A program made the translations under genes and the position numbers. A stretch of 63,929 nt of DNA, counting the filler, from an uncultured Methanosarcinales archaeon (GTDB lineage: Archaea > Nanobdellota > Nanobdellia > Woesearchaeales > CAZKBD01), in NCBI GenBank assembly GCA_964550945.1. It is 5 parts of 5 records of this genome, joined end to end, with 100 filler letters (N's around TTAATTAATTAA, not from the genome) between each part and the next. Parts side by side here need not be neighbours in the genome. Positions count along the whole stretch, not along the records: positions 1 to 14,985 come from CAZKBD010000042.1; 4 more parts are not named here. The stretch is one strand, 5' to 3'. Numbering within the stretch: the stretch's first letter is position 1; every line of letters starts with the position of its first letter. The notes beneath the pieces were generated by a model. The model saw only the letters and a list, made by a program, of their open reading frames with translations, had not been told where the DNA came from and searched no databases. Shown piece after piece: positions 1 to 10,729 of this stretch.

Positions 1-1
1 A

Positions 2-877
2 TTGGGGAAGAAGATACATACTGCCCGTTCGAGAAATGATCAAGTTAAAGTTGCCCTGCACTTGTATTCCAAAGATAAAATAACCAATATAAAAAAATCA
101 ATAATCATATTAATTAATAGTTTAAAAAAATTATCAAAAAAGGATATTGCTATTCCTGGCTATACCCATTACCAGAAGGCAATGCCTTCCTCATTCAAGC
201 TATGGGCAAATGCATTTATTGCTGCTTTAGATGATGATATCAAACTGTTAGATAGCGCTTATCAAATAATTGACCAAAATCCATTAGGTAGTGCTGCAGG
301 CTATGGAGTTCCATATGAGATTGATAAACAATTAACAACAAAAGAGATGGGTTTTAAAAAGATACAGGAAACAGGTTATGTCCAGAATTCTCGCGGCAAG
401 TTTGAGGCTATTGTATTGAATGCCTTAACAAATGTCATGCTGGATCTAAATAAGATGGCAACTGACCTTATCCTGTTTAGCATGCAGGAGTTCAAGTTTA
501 TAGATCTGCCAGAAGAGTTTACTACAGGAAGCTCCATCATGCCTCAGAAAAAGAATCCAGATGTTTTGGAGCTTATAAGGGGCAAATATCATGTTGTATT
601 AGGTTATGAGTTTACTGTTAAGAATGTATGCGCGAATTTGATTAGCGGCTATCATCGTGATTTCCAATTGACAAAAGAGCCTTTGATGAAAGGATCTAAG
701 ATTACAGAGGATTCTTTAAAGGTAATGGCTCTTGTCATATCTGGATTGAATATTAATAAAGAAAACTGCAAAAAAGCTATGACAAAAGATCTATATGCGA
801 CAGAAGAAGCTTATAAGCTAGTCAAGAAAGGGATGTCTTTTAGGGATGCTTATATGAAGGTTAAGAAAAGTATATAA
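2..877 (+). CDS. argH: Argininosuccinate lyase (5'-truncated)
   Basis: HTARSRNDQ, PGYTHYQ and GSSIMPQKKNPD fumarase/ASL-family signatures. Confidence 0.95.
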   Translation: MGKKIHTARSRNDQVKVALHLYSKDKITNIKKSIIILINSLKKLSKKDIAIPGYTHYQKAMPSSFKLWANAFIAALDDDIKLLDSAYQIIDQNPLGSAAGYGVPYEIDKQLTTKEMGFKKIQETGYVQNSRGKFEAIVLNALTNVMLDLNKMATDLILFSMQEFKFIDLPEEFTTGSSIMPQKKNPDVLELIRGKYHVVLGYEFTVKNVCANLISGYHRDFQLTKEPLMKGSKITEDSLKVMALVISGLNINKENCKKAMTKDLYATEEAYKLVKKGMSFRDAYMKVKKSI

Positions 878-900
878 ACAAATATATTTTCTAAGTTATC

Positions 901-2577
901 ATGGACAAATTCAAAGAAGAGATTATTAAATTATTGAAAAAAGAGCTAAAACAGGATATAGAGCTTGAAGTGCCTCCGAATCCTGAGTTCGGGGATTATG
1001 CATTTCCCTGCTTTGCTCTGGCAAAGGTTTTCAAGAAAAATCCAAATGATATTGCTTATGAGATTTCTCAAAAGCTGAAGAAAACAGACCTTATAGAAAA
1101 GATAGAAACAAAAGGGCCTTACATCAATTTTTTTGTGAATAAATCTGATTTGACAGAGAACACTTTAGAGGAAATCCAAAAGAAAAAGGAAAAATATGGA
1201 TTTAGCTCTTTAGGCAAAGGAAAAAAAGTATTGATAGAGCATACAAGCATTAATCCGAATGCTAGCCCTCATGTCGGAAGGGCAAGAAATGCGTTGATTG
1301 GGGATGCTGTTGCAAGGCTTTTAAAGTCGCAAAGCTATAATATAGAAACGCATTATTTTGTTAATGATGTTGGAAAGCAGATTGCAATGCTTGTTCTTGG
1401 CGCTAAAAATAAGAAAGTTACATTTGAGGGCTTATTGAAGATATATATTGAGATAAACAACAAGATTGAGAAAAACCCTGAGCTAGAGAAGGAGGTTTTT
1501 GAGCTGCTGCATAAATTAGAGCAAGGGGACAAAGAAGTAAAGAAGAAATTTAAGGATATCGTTGATGTTTGCATCAAAGGTCAGTCAGAGATATTCTCAG
1601 ATATAAACATCAAATATGATAAATTTGATTATGAAAGCGATTATCTTTGGTCAAAAGAGACCGATGAAGTTCTTAAAAAACTGGAAAAAACAGGCAAGTT
1701 ATTTACAGATGATGAGAAAAGAAAGGTTCTTGACCAGAAAGAGTTTAATCTAGCGATGAAGAGCCCTGTTTTTGTCTTGACAAGAGCTGATGGCACTTCA
1801 CTTTATCCATTAAGAGATATAGCATATACTATTGGCAAAATCAAGAAAGGGTATGACAGAAACATAATCGTATTAGGGGAGGACCAAAAGCTTTATTTCC
1901 AGCAGATTAATGCTGCATTACAATTGTTGGGCTATAAAGCTCCTGAAGTTGTCCATTATTCTTTTGTTCTGCTTAAAACAGGAAAAATGTCAACAAGAAA
2001 AGGAAATCTTGTTCTGCTTGAAGAATTTATGAGCGAAGCTGTCAAGAAAGCAAAAGAAGAGATCAAAAAGAGGAATGAGGATGTCCAAGCTAAAGAATTA
2101 GAAAAGCTAGCCAAGAGCATAGGGTATGGTGCAATAAAATATTCCATACTAAAGGTTTCTCCAGAAAAGAATGTTATTTTTGAATGGGATTCTGCTTTGT
2201 CTTTTGAAGGCGAAAGCGCTCCTTATATCCAGTATGCCCATGCACGCATATGCTCTATTTTCAATAAGTATGGCAAAAAATTGCCTCCTAAGGTGGAATT
2301 ATCCTCTTTAGTTGAACCAGCTGAGGCAGAATTGATAAAACAGCTGGCTGAATTCCCTGAGATGGTTGATAAGGCGACTGAGCATCTACAGCCGCATTTG
2401 ATTGCAAATTATATTTACAACCTGGCAAAAACATTCAATGAGTTTTACCACAGCTGCCAGATTTTAAAAGAAGATGAGCATTTAAAAAACGCCCGCCTTT
2501 ATCTGATAAGCTGCGTAAGGCAGGTTTTGGAGAATGGATTAGGTGTTTTGGGAATTGAAGCTCCGGAGCATATGTGA
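901..2577 (+). CDS. argS: Arginine--tRNA ligase
   Basis: FGDYA, HVGR (HIGH-type), KMSTRKG, GESAPYIQYAHARICSI (DALR domain). Confidence 0.97.
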   Translation: MDKFKEEIIKLLKKELKQDIELEVPPNPEFGDYAFPCFALAKVFKKNPNDIAYEISQKLKKTDLIEKIETKGPYINFFVNKSDLTENTLEEIQKKKEKYGFSSLGKGKKVLIEHTSINPNASPHVGRARNALIGDAVARLLKSQSYNIETHYFVNDVGKQIAMLVLGAKNKKVTFEGLLKIYIEINNKIEKNPELEKEVFELLHKLEQGDKEVKKKFKDIVDVCIKGQSEIFSDINIKYDKFDYESDYLWSKETDEVLKKLEKTGKLFTDDEKRKVLDQKEFNLAMKSPVFVLTRADGTSLYPLRDIAYTIGKIKKGYDRNIIVLGEDQKLYFQQINAALQLLGYKAPEVVHYSFVLLKTGKMSTRKGNLVLLEEFMSEAVKKAKEEIKKRNEDVQAKELEKLAKSIGYGAIKYSILKVSPEKNVIFEWDSALSFEGESAPYIQYAHARICSIFNKYGKKLPPKVELSSLVEPAEAELIKQLAEFPEMVDKATEHLQPHLIANYIYNLAKTFNEFYHSCQILKEDEHLKNARLYLISCVRQVLENGLGVLGIEAPEHM

Positions 2578-2627
2578 ATTCAAAAAACCAAAACATTTAT
2601 ATAGTTCTATAATATAACATAAGTTAT

Positions 2628-3221
2628 ATGAAGAAACTGATTGTTCGAGAAAAATACCCTAAGTTATATGAAGAAACTGCCAGAAATAAAGTTCTCGAAA
2701 CATTGTTTAGGTTTCCAGAGAAAGAGTTTAGTTTAAGCGACCTCGCCAAAGAGGCTGGAGTTGCAAAAGCTAATGTTGGAAAAATTCTGGAAGAGCTCCA
2801 AAAGGTAGGGCTTATCGAAATAGTGAAGTTAAGTAAAATATGGAGAATCAAAGCTAACAGTGTAAATTGGTATTTTTTGAGGAGTAAGATTGTCTATAAC
2901 CTTAATTTTATTTATCAAAGTGGGTTAGTCGAGTTTCTTTCTGATTATTTTAAAAATCCCAGGTCAATTATTCTGTTTGGAAGCTTTCGGAAGGGTGAAG
3001 ACATATCAGAATCTGACATTGACATTGCTATAGAAGAGGATGGCAATCTTGGTTTGGAAGATTATAAGACGGTTAGATTAAAAGAGTTGGGTGTGTTTGA
3101 AGATGTAATTAAAAGAAATATCCAAATTCACCTGTTTAATAGGGGCAATGTTAATATTAACTTGTTTAACAACATTGCAAACGGGATAGTCCTATTGGGT
3201 TTTTTAGAGGTTAAGCCATGA
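2628..3221 (+). CDS. HTH + minimal nucleotidyltransferase (MntA-like antitoxin)
   Basis: N-terminal HTH; LFGSFRKG...SDIDIAI Pol-beta motif; 4-bp overlap with downstream HEPN gene. Confidence 0.85.
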   Translation: MKKLIVREKYPKLYEETARNKVLETLFRFPEKEFSLSDLAKEAGVAKANVGKILEELQKVGLIEIVKLSKIWRIKANSVNWYFLRSKIVYNLNFIYQSGLVEFLSDYFKNPRSIILFGSFRKGEDISESDIDIAIEEDGNLGLEDYKTVRLKELGVFEDVIKRNIQIHLFNRGNVNINLFNNIANGIVLLGFLEVKP

Positions 3222-3649
3222 AAAAAGAAATGATAAATCCCTTGATTAGATCAGGGATACTAAGAATAAGACAAATAGATTCCGAAAGAATAAAATCTAT
3301 GGTATCCTCTGTAGAAATCAATGTTAAAATTGCAAAAGATATTCCTTTGACTGAAGACAGCGCAACAGTTATATTTAGAGAGATATATGAATCGGTAAGG
3401 CAATTAGGAGACGCCAGTTGGTGGTTAAGAGGGTATGAGCCGACAAATCATGACATCAGCCTTGAGATTTTAAAAGAGGCGGATATAAAAGAGAAGCTTA
3501 AATTAAACTTTCTTGATAGGTTTAAGAAAATAAGGCACGATGCCAATTATAAGGGATTTAAAGTGCTTGCTTCCCAAGCAAGAGAAATAATAGAATTTTG
3601 GGATAAATGTGGAAAAGAGGTTATAGATATATTGAAAAAGCAATTATAA
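3218..3649 (+). CDS. HEPN-domain protein (putative toxin)
   Basis: RHDANY (R-x4-Y/H) motif; coupled to MNT gene. Confidence 0.8.
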   Translation: MKKEMINPLIRSGILRIRQIDSERIKSMVSSVEINVKIAKDIPLTEDSATVIFREIYESVRQLGDASWWLRGYEPTNHDISLEILKEADIKEKLKLNFLDRFKKIRHDANYKGFKVLASQAREIIEFWDKCGKEVIDILKKQL

Positions 3650-3689
3650 TATAAAGAGGCTAGTTTAAACAGTTAGTTAGAAAGGTAAA

Positions 3690-4928
3690 ATGCAAAACGA
3701 AATAATCATCCTAATTGTTTTGATTGCTCTTTCAGCTTTTTTTTCAGCCTCTGAAATGGCTTTGGTGCAAGTCAGCAAATTGAAAGCAAGGCATCTTCTT
3801 GAAAAGAATAAGCGCGGAGCTAGAACACTAAAGAAGCTAAAAGACGATCCTCAGCGCATGTTAATAACAATACTTATTGGAAATAATGTGGTTAATATTA
3901 CAGCAGCAGCAATTGCGACAAAATTAGCTATTGGGATATTTGAGAACAATGCTGTTGGCATTGCTACAGGAGTTATGACTTTTTTATTGCTGGTGTTTGG
4001 CGAAGTAACACCTAAATCATTGGTTATACCCAAATATGAGACAATCGCTTTATTGGTTGCGAGGCCAATATGGATAATTAGCATTATTCTTTATCCAATA
4101 AGTTTTCTATTAAACCTGTTTGTTAAGTTATTGAAGAAGATGTTTAATATCAAAAGAGAAAAACCATTGGTCACAGAAGAAGAGCTGAAAAGCTACATCA
4201 AGGCTGGAGAAGAAGCTGGCTCTATAAAAGAGATTGAGAAGGAGATGATAGACAATATTTTCAGATTTGACGATGTTAATGTTGAGGAGATAATGACTTT
4301 AAGGCAAGATATGGTCTGCCTTAATTCCAGCAGCAAGTTAAAAGATGCTTTAAGGACCATCAAGAGCAAACTTTTTCTAAGATTCCCTGTGTATGGAGGC
4401 AGCAAAGATAAGATAGTAGGCATCCTTAACTTAAAAGAGGTATATGAGTATTTAGGTAAGAAGGGTTTTTTTGATATGAAAATAGCAGATATGATGAGAG
4501 AGCCTTTTTTTGTTCCAGAAACAAAAAAGATTGACAGTTTATTAAAGCAATTCCAAAAAAGACAAGAGCATATGGCTATAGTTGTAGATGAGCAAGGTGC
4601 TGTTTCTGGGTTAGTGACAATGGAAGATGTTTTGGAAGAGATTGTTGGAGAGATATTTGATGAAACTGATAGGATTGCGCCAAATATTTCCGCTATAGAC
4701 AACAAAAGCTGGATTGTAATGGGTAAGACTGATATCGGAGAGATCAATGAAAAATTAAAGACGAATTTCCAGGCAGAGGAATTTGAGAGTTTTGGAGGAT
4801 ATATTTTGAACAAAACAGGAAAGCTGCCAAAAGAAAAAGATGAGATAGATTTGGATGAGAATTATAAAGTGATTATTGAAGATGTAAACATAAACAGGAT
4901 AAATCGTGTTAGGCTGGTTAAGAAATAG
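3690..4928 (+). CDS. HlyC/CorC (CNNM) family transporter
   Basis: SAFFSASEMA DUF21 TM domain, GEVTPK, CBS pair, EDVLEEIVGEI, CorC C-terminus. Confidence 0.93.
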   Translation: MQNEIIILIVLIALSAFFSASEMALVQVSKLKARHLLEKNKRGARTLKKLKDDPQRMLITILIGNNVVNITAAAIATKLAIGIFENNAVGIATGVMTFLLLVFGEVTPKSLVIPKYETIALLVARPIWIISIILYPISFLLNLFVKLLKKMFNIKREKPLVTEEELKSYIKAGEEAGSIKEIEKEMIDNIFRFDDVNVEEIMTLRQDMVCLNSSSKLKDALRTIKSKLFLRFPVYGGSKDKIVGILNLKEVYEYLGKKGFFDMKIADMMREPFFVPETKKIDSLLKQFQKRQEHMAIVVDEQGAVSGLVTMEDVLEEIVGEIFDETDRIAPNISAIDNKSWIVMGKTDIGEINEKLKTNFQAEEFESFGGYILNKTGKLPKEKDEIDLDENYKVIIEDVNINRINRVRLVKK

Positions 4929-4933
4929 ATGAG

Positions 4934-6181
4934 CTAATGTTGGAAATCCGCTTTTTTTTCTGCACGCATTCTTGCCCAGTAATCAATACCTGCGTCTAAA
5001 ATCCATTTTGCTGGTTCTGCTACTAAAGGCACAAATTGGGATGCACTATATTGGGGATGGCGTTTAGTAGCATACCTGTAGGCATTATGTAAAAGAGCAT
5101 CCTCAGTTTTAAAAGCCAACTTTTCATTGCTATCTGCTGAACGCCACATAGCCATGCCTAATTGGTATACAAGATAGGAAAGAGTAGGGTCAGGTAATAT
5201 GCTTTTGGGGTCATCTCTCATAGCTTTAAAGTTTTGCAGGGTTCTAACCCAGACATCCTCATATAAAGAAACACGGCCTAGTTGCTGTTGCTCTCCATTT
5301 ATGGCTAAGTATTCATCACCAATCTGGTAATTAGCTTCAATAGTAAAAATTTTGCCATCAATTGTTCCTTCTATCCTTACCTTTTTTTCTGGCAATGTTG
5401 GTTTAAATCCGTCAAATCTTTTGAAATTAACTCTTAAATTAATTGTGGTGTCTGGTGTTGCTATATCTCCTTGAGTGTATCCATTAACAACATGAGGATA
5501 ATCTTCCCTATTTAGAGGGTCATAAGGTTTAGCTCTAGCCCGTACACTAACTCCATCTGGAAACAAACTAGGAAAGGTTACTTGTTTGCCAGAGACTTTT
5601 GCCATCAAATACAAAAAAAGCGCGATTGGATGCCCTGCTTCCTGAAGTTCTACTGTCTCCATAATACAGGCGTTTCTTTCATCATGCCTTGATTCACGAT
5701 TCTTTTGAAAAGAGGCTTCAAAAATTTTAATAGCCACATCATCAAATGAAGTGAGATAGCCTAATATCATGTCCGTTATCTTATGAGGGATTAATATCCA
5801 GTTGTAAAGAATGTTAGTTTTACGATTCACTGCTTCTGCTATTAATTGTTCGCAACGGCCTGGCCTGCCAGCATTAGACATAGGTTTTTCAGACAAAATG
5901 TTGGTGCCAAGAGGGATAAGCGCATTAAGATATTTGTCTCGGCTAGGACCTGGGTGCAATGCAAGATAATAGATATCTGCACCACTATGGCAGAACATCT
6001 CTTCAGAAGCTACTATGTGAACTAATCCTGGCTTCCTGAATTCTTCTGGAACTCCTAGGCGATCATAAAGCACAATCCTTTCAATTCCCTGAGATTCAGC
6101 TATGCCTATCAATGCAGCAGTCATAAGGCTGCCTGCAAGACCCTTTGCACCTGCTACTGCGACTTTCATAACAGTAGACAA
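4934..6181 (-). CDS. Gfo/Idh/MocA-like oxidoreductase (divergent)
   Basis: N-terminal Rossmann KVAVAGAKGLAG and SEKP motif. Confidence 0.55.
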   Translation of the reverse strand: MSTVMKVAVAGAKGLAGSLMTAALIGIAESQGIERIVLYDRLGVPEEFRKPGLVHIVASEEMFCHSGADIYYLALHPGPSRDKYLNALIPLGTNILSEKPMSNAGRPGRCEQLIAEAVNRKTNILYNWILIPHKITDMILGYLTSFDDVAIKIFEASFQKNRESRHDERNACIMETVELQEAGHPIALFLYLMAKVSGKQVTFPSLFPDGVSVRARAKPYDPLNREDYPHVVNGYTQGDIATPDTTINLRVNFKRFDGFKPTLPEKKVRIEGTIDGKIFTIEANYQIGDEYLAINGEQQQLGRVSLYEDVWVRTLQNFKAMRDDPKSILPDPTLSYLVYQLGMAMWRSADSNEKLAFKTEDALLHNAYRYATKRHPQYSASQFVPLVAEPAKWILDAGIDYWARMRAEKKADFQH

Positions 6182-6292
6182 ATTTTATGCTGCTTTTAAA
6201 TGTTGCTATGTTAAGATATTTTTAACTTCTTAATAGTAGTTACAAAATCGAAAGGTTTATATATTAGTTATTATGTATGGGTTATGTATAAG

Positions 6293-6433
6293 ATGGCTCA
6301 ATACACAATAACCAAAAGAATCGCAAAGCACGGAAACCAGGCAATAATAGTCATACCTAGGCTGCTGGAAGATGAACTGAAGCCAGGGACTATTGCTAAA
6401 GTCACTATTGATGTCATAAAACAAAATAATTAA
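6293..6433 (+). CDS. Small AbrB/SpoVT-like DNA-binding protein (46 aa, not in ORF track)
   Basis: Translated by hand: MAQYTITKRIAKHGNQAIIVIPRLLEDELKPGTIAKVTIDVIKQNN; TTTATATA box upstream. Confidence 0.7.
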   Translation: MAQYTITKRIAKHGNQAIIVIPRLLEDELKPGTIAKVTIDVIKQNN

Positions 6434-6435
6434 AA

Positions 6436-6583
6436 ATGTCAGAAACTTTTTACTAGTCTAGGACCGGTGGCTTAAAGCCAATCCATTTTGGGATTGTAAA
6501 AAGTTTCTGAGCATGCTCAAAAACCACGACATATATAAATGGATTATACTTGCCACTAATATCTGATCAGTGGTTTTTGACAT
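6436..6583. repeat. Double-hairpin repeat, TGTCA...TGAGCATGCTCA...TGACA family, copy 1
   Basis: 15-bp arm 6439-6453/6496-6510, central palindrome 6508-6519, 11-bp arm 6517-6527/6570-6580. Confidence 0.85.
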
Positions 6584-6606
6584 AAAGCTAAAAACTATGA
6601 TATAAA

Positions 6607-7014
6607 ATGGCATACCAATGCAACAATTGCGGACCAGGATGTGGAAGTTCTAATTACAGCACTCATGACTATGAAGGCCATGGCGCTGATCTCAGCAGAT
6701 TTGGCCCTGATTCAAAGGTAAACCAATATGATGATATCAATAAATACGAGAACAGCCCTTCACAAGATTATCATACAGTTGATAAGGATGAAGCAAAGAA
6801 AGAGGACGAAGAAAAGCAGCATACAATAGAAGATGATATTAAAAAAGGAGAGCAAAAAGAAGAAAAAGGGGATGAATTTAAAGCAATTCATGAAAAATTA
6901 CCCAAAGAGTTATTAATGCAGAATAAAAATATAGAGATAAGGAAGAAGAAAGTTGATTCGATCGAAGAGGCCATCAACAAAGCGATAAAATGCCAGAAAG
7001 AGGTAATGAATTAA
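6607..7014 (+). CDS. Hypothetical acidic protein with N-terminal Cys cluster
   Basis: 135-aa ORF, CNNCGPGCG; operon-like with next ORF. Confidence 0.7.
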   Translation: MAYQCNNCGPGCGSSNYSTHDYEGHGADLSRFGPDSKVNQYDDINKYENSPSQDYHTVDKDEAKKEDEEKQHTIEDDIKKGEQKEEKGDEFKAIHEKLPKELLMQNKNIEIRKKKVDSIEEAINKAIKCQKEVMN

Positions 7015-7015
7015 G

Positions 7016-7477
7016 ATGACATACCATCACCCAAGCTACCAAGCAAGCCACAAAAATGACAGCCCAAGCTATGCATTCTCTACAGCTGGAGATGCGGCAG
7101 CTACTGCGGATTATATGGTCAAAGCAGACCTTCCAGGTTACACTGCCAGATTTTACAGCCCAACTGAGCATGAGCAGTTCACAGATATAAAATATGACAA
7201 GATATTGGTCAATTATGATAAAGGTTTTCAGGCAATAAGAGAATCTGTGCAAGGATTTCCTTTAGAAGCTTATATACCTAGGTCATTGATGTTTGAGAGC
7301 GGTGGCGGCTCGCCATTTGTCGTTCCAAAAAAGAGCGCTACAGAAAAAGTAGCCAGGGAGATTGAAGAAGCTCAAAGAGAGGTTAAGGGAAAAGCCATAA
7401 TAATTGATACTATAATTGATGAGCTTATTATTGCAAGAAGAAGGATAAGAAAGAGGCAGATAATTGCAAAAAAATAA
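7016..7477 (+). CDS. Hypothetical protein
   Basis: 153-aa ORF 1 bp after previous stop. Confidence 0.7.
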   Translation: MTYHHPSYQASHKNDSPSYAFSTAGDAAATADYMVKADLPGYTARFYSPTEHEQFTDIKYDKILVNYDKGFQAIRESVQGFPLEAYIPRSLMFESGGGSPFVVPKKSATEKVAREIEEAQREVKGKAIIIDTIIDELIIARRRIRKRQIIAKK

Positions 7478-8189
7478 GTTATTAAAAAGAGGCATAAGGT
7501 ATTGTATATATATTCTGGTCTTATTTCTAATCCTCAATATATCACTCCATCTATATCTAATCAGTTTTAGGCTTATTGTTTTTGATGAAAAATTCTATAA
7601 ATCTGAATTTAAAAAATATAATGTATACGAAAGATTAGCCGGCCAGGATATTGATAAAATAAATTCAGATATTTTAGGTTATTTCAGGCATGAGGAAAGG
7701 GCTGTACCTATCGGCAATGATTTCTTTAATGAAAAAGAAAAAGCTCATCTGATAGACGTGAAATTATTGGTCAGGCTGGTGTTATTTCTTCTTTATAGCG
7801 GATTTCTAGCCATTGCGTTAAAGTTCATATTGTTATGGGTTTTAGTCAACTACCAAAAAGAGGACATTTGGAATTATAGTTATTTTATGTTAACTGCAGG
7901 TGGTATCTTAACAATCATACCTGCACTGTTTATTTGGGCTGTAATGAAGCTGAATTTTGATTCCTTTTTCACATTTTTTCATAAGATTGCCTTTGACAAT
8001 AATCTTTGGCTGATGAATCCAGCTACAGACAAAATAATCCTGATGTATCCTCAGGGCTTGTTTTATGACATTGCGATAAAGATTGCAATATTCACGCTAA
8101 TCCAAGCAATTGCTCTGATAGTTATTGGCATATCCTGCTATAAAATTAGGCAAAGATTTAAAAATAAAGAAACTATCTCTAGAAGATAA
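7464..8189 (+). CDS. DUF1461/TIGR01906 integral membrane protein
   Basis: EKAHLIDVK, FFTFFHKIAFDNNLW, LMYPQGLF motifs. Confidence 0.85.
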   Translation: MQKNKLLKRGIRYCIYILVLFLILNISLHLYLISFRLIVFDEKFYKSEFKKYNVYERLAGQDIDKINSDILGYFRHEERAVPIGNDFFNEKEKAHLIDVKLLVRLVLFLLYSGFLAIALKFILLWVLVNYQKEDIWNYSYFMLTAGGILTIIPALFIWAVMKLNFDSFFTFFHKIAFDNNLWLMNPATDKIILMYPQGLFYDIAIKIAIFTLIQAIALIVIGISCYKIRQRFKNKETISRR

Positions 8190-8190
8190 T

Positions 8191-8946
8191 ATGAGAAAGA
8201 CTATTATTGCAGCAAATTGGAAGATGAACAAGACTATTCAGGAGTCTATTTCTTTTGTCAAAACCCTGAAAAAATTGATTAAGAGTGATGTTGAGATTGT
8301 TATCTGCCCTATGTTCACTGCTTTGGAAGCTGTCTCTAAAGAATTAAAAGGCACAAAGATAAAGTTAGGAGCCCAGAACTGCTATTTTGAGGAGAAAGGC
8401 GCTTTCACAGGAGAGGTGTCACCTGTGATATTGAAAGACATTGGATGCGAATATGTGATTTTAGGCCATTCTGAGAGAAGAAAATATTTTAAAGAGACTG
8501 ATGATCTTATTAATAAAAAAATAAAGAAAGCTCTTTCTTGCGGATTGAAATCAATAGTTTGCGTTGGAGAGCTTCTTGAAGAAAGAGAAAATGGCATGAC
8601 CAATAAGGTTATTGAAAAACAGATTAAAGAATGCCTTAATGGGCTTACAGATAAGGATATGGCTGGTGTTGTTATTGCCTATGAGCCTGTCTGGGCTATT
8701 GGCACTGGAAAAAACGCAACGCCAATCCAGGCTGAAGAGTCTCATCTGTTCATGAGGGAGCTAATCGCTAAGATGTTTAATAAAGATATTGCAAAAAAAT
8801 TGAGGATACAGTATGGTGGCTCAGTCACAACAGAGAATATTAAAGACTTATTGCTGCAGGAAGATGTAGATGGCGCATTAGTTGGCGGAGCTTCATTAGA
8901 TTCAGATAATTTCTCAAAGATTGTTAATGGTTATGGCAGCAATTAG
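8191..8946 (+). CDS. tpiA: Triosephosphate isomerase, bacterial-type
   Basis: AANWKMN, GHSERR, AYEPVWAIGTG, YGGSV, LVGGASL; start moved to ATG 8191. Confidence 0.96.
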   Translation: MRKTIIAANWKMNKTIQESISFVKTLKKLIKSDVEIVICPMFTALEAVSKELKGTKIKLGAQNCYFEEKGAFTGEVSPVILKDIGCEYVILGHSERRKYFKETDDLINKKIKKALSCGLKSIVCVGELLEERENGMTNKVIEKQIKECLNGLTDKDMAGVVIAYEPVWAIGTGKNATPIQAEESHLFMRELIAKMFNKDIAKKLRIQYGGSVTTENIKDLLLQEDVDGALVGGASLDSDNFSKIVNGYGSN

Positions 8947-9535
8947 CGCATATGACAAATTTGCAAAACAGTACACTCAATATAGCTATTCTAGATTGCC
9001 TCAGTTCGAGCTTGATAGCTTTATTTCTATTATCTCTAAGAAAGCGCTGATTTTGGATGTTGCCTGCGGCCCTGGAAGGGACAGCGAATATTTTACCAAT
9101 GAGGGTTTTAAAGTGATTGGAATCGATCTTTCAAAAAAACTGATTGCAGAAGCTAAAAAAAGAGTAAAATCAAAAAAAGCCAAGTTCAAGGTGATGGATC
9201 TGGAGAAGATTAAGCTAAAAAAGAACAGCTTTGACGGGATATGGTGCTATAATTCCTCGGTGCATATAGATAGAAAGAACATCGCAAAAGTTCTTAAGAG
9301 ATTTTTTGATTTATTAAAGAAAGATGGCGTTTTATTTATTGATATTCTTGAGGGCAAAGAAGATAAAGTGGTCAAAAGCATTGAAGTAGGGAATATGCCA
9401 AGAAAATTCTCGTTTTTTGGGCAGGTTGAGACAGAAACAATGATGAAAGATATTGGATTTTATATCACAAGCATAACTCCAGTCAGGGTTGATAACTTTA
9501 CATGGATAAATATTTTTGCAAAAAAGCTAAGTTAA
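8933..9535 (+). CDS. Class I SAM-dependent methyltransferase
   Basis: ILDVACGPGRD, GIDLS, FDGIW motifs. Confidence 0.9.
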   Translation: MAAISAYDKFAKQYTQYSYSRLPQFELDSFISIISKKALILDVACGPGRDSEYFTNEGFKVIGIDLSKKLIAEAKKRVKSKKAKFKVMDLEKIKLKKNSFDGIWCYNSSVHIDRKNIAKVLKRFFDLLKKDGVLFIDILEGKEDKVVKSIEVGNMPRKFSFFGQVETETMMKDIGFYITSITPVRVDNFTWINIFAKKLS

Positions 9536-10120
9536 TTGATCCACTATATTGCCTAATCTCTGGTCTTGAGCATATTGCGCATAATAGCTTGCTTTGTAGT
9601 TTTGTATCAGCCTCTGTATATTGGCTACAGCCTGCACAGCATTATCAATGAATTGCAGCTTAATCTCTTTTTGCTCCATTCCGGATAATTCCAGAGCAAT
9701 ATTGCCCGTATTTGGAAAAGCTTTTTCGAAAGAGACTTTAACAATGTTGGAATAGGGTATCATGTCTTCTTTAACCTGGATCATCAAAAAGCTTCTGTAC
9801 AAAGCAAGCCGGTTGCTGTAAAAGATGTATCTCACTTTTCCAAGCGCAATATAATTAAACAACATAAGAAATATGCCCATTCCAAACAAAGCTATTGTAA
9901 CCCACATTATTATTTGTGTTTGGCTTGGTGGTGAAAACTGGATCCCTATTCCGCTAAATCCTTCCTGAATACCCTTATACACTTCTTTGATATCAATCAT
10001 GTAATTGAGAAATGCCACAGCAGTAATAATAACACCGACTGCAAAACCTATCTTTAATATATTAAGCAAGAATATCTTCTTTATATTTGGCCTAAGTTCT
10101 CCTAAAGCTTGCTCTTCCAT
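9527..10120 (-). CDS. Membrane protein with probable bacterial PH-like domain
   Basis: Two TM helices followed by beta-rich domain (IPYSNIVKVSF). Confidence 0.6.
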   Translation of the reverse strand: MEEQALGELRPNIKKIFLLNILKIGFAVGVIITAVAFLNYMIDIKEVYKGIQEGFSGIGIQFSPPSQTQIIMWVTIALFGMGIFLMLFNYIALGKVRYIFYSNRLALYRSFLMIQVKEDMIPYSNIVKVSFEKAFPNTGNIALELSGMEQKEIKLQFIDNAVQAVANIQRLIQNYKASYYAQYAQDQRLGNIVDQLT

Positions 10121-10217
10121 ATGCTCTATTTTAGAGAGATAGTATTAATATTTTTCTATCTGCAAAACAAAAATTATTTATATCCATCAATCTATACAGC
10201 TTATTTGGGGTGATCGA

Positions 10218-10727
10218 ATGAAGCCAAATATTTTAATAAGTTATGATCCTTCTCACAGCGGAACTGCCAAAGACAATATTGTGAACCTATTCAAAGATAT
10301 AAAACATGATGCAAAGCAGATAAAAAAAGAGGTTGACGGCTTGTTTTCTGCAAGTGTAAAAGATGCAAGAAAGGCTGTAAAGGATTTAACTGTATTATGC
10401 AAAAAAGATGCTGCAAGATTTGAAAAAACTTTCCATTATATACCTATAGATAAATGGTGCAAAGCCACAATCAAAGACATGCAGAAGGTAGTTAAAATAC
10501 TTGCAAAAGACATCAAGGACAAAGAGAAATGGAAGATGGAGTTAGGCAAGAGAAAAAGAGAAGGCCATGAGATGGAGTTGATATTAAAACTTACTGAATT
10601 AGTTGAGAAGCCAAAGGTTGATCTTGAAAATCCTGACAAAATCATCAGAGTGGAGATTATAGGGAATAAAGCTGGAATGTCATTATTGAAAAAAGGAGAA
10701 TTGCTGAAAGTGCCAAAAGGTGCATAA
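10218..10727 (+). CDS. THUMP domain protein
   Basis: KVDLENPDKIIRVEIIG motif; GGGGTGA SD upstream. Confidence 0.85.
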   Translation: MKPNILISYDPSHSGTAKDNIVNLFKDIKHDAKQIKKEVDGLFSASVKDARKAVKDLTVLCKKDAARFEKTFHYIPIDKWCKATIKDMQKVVKILAKDIKDKEKWKMELGKRKREGHEMELILKLTELVEKPKVDLENPDKIIRVEIIGNKAGMSLLKKGELLKVPKGA

Positions 10728-10729
10728 AA

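Noticed and set aside
8125..8190. N-terminal extension of TPI
   Set aside because: TTG start overlaps the upstream gene; ATG 8191 matches the family start.
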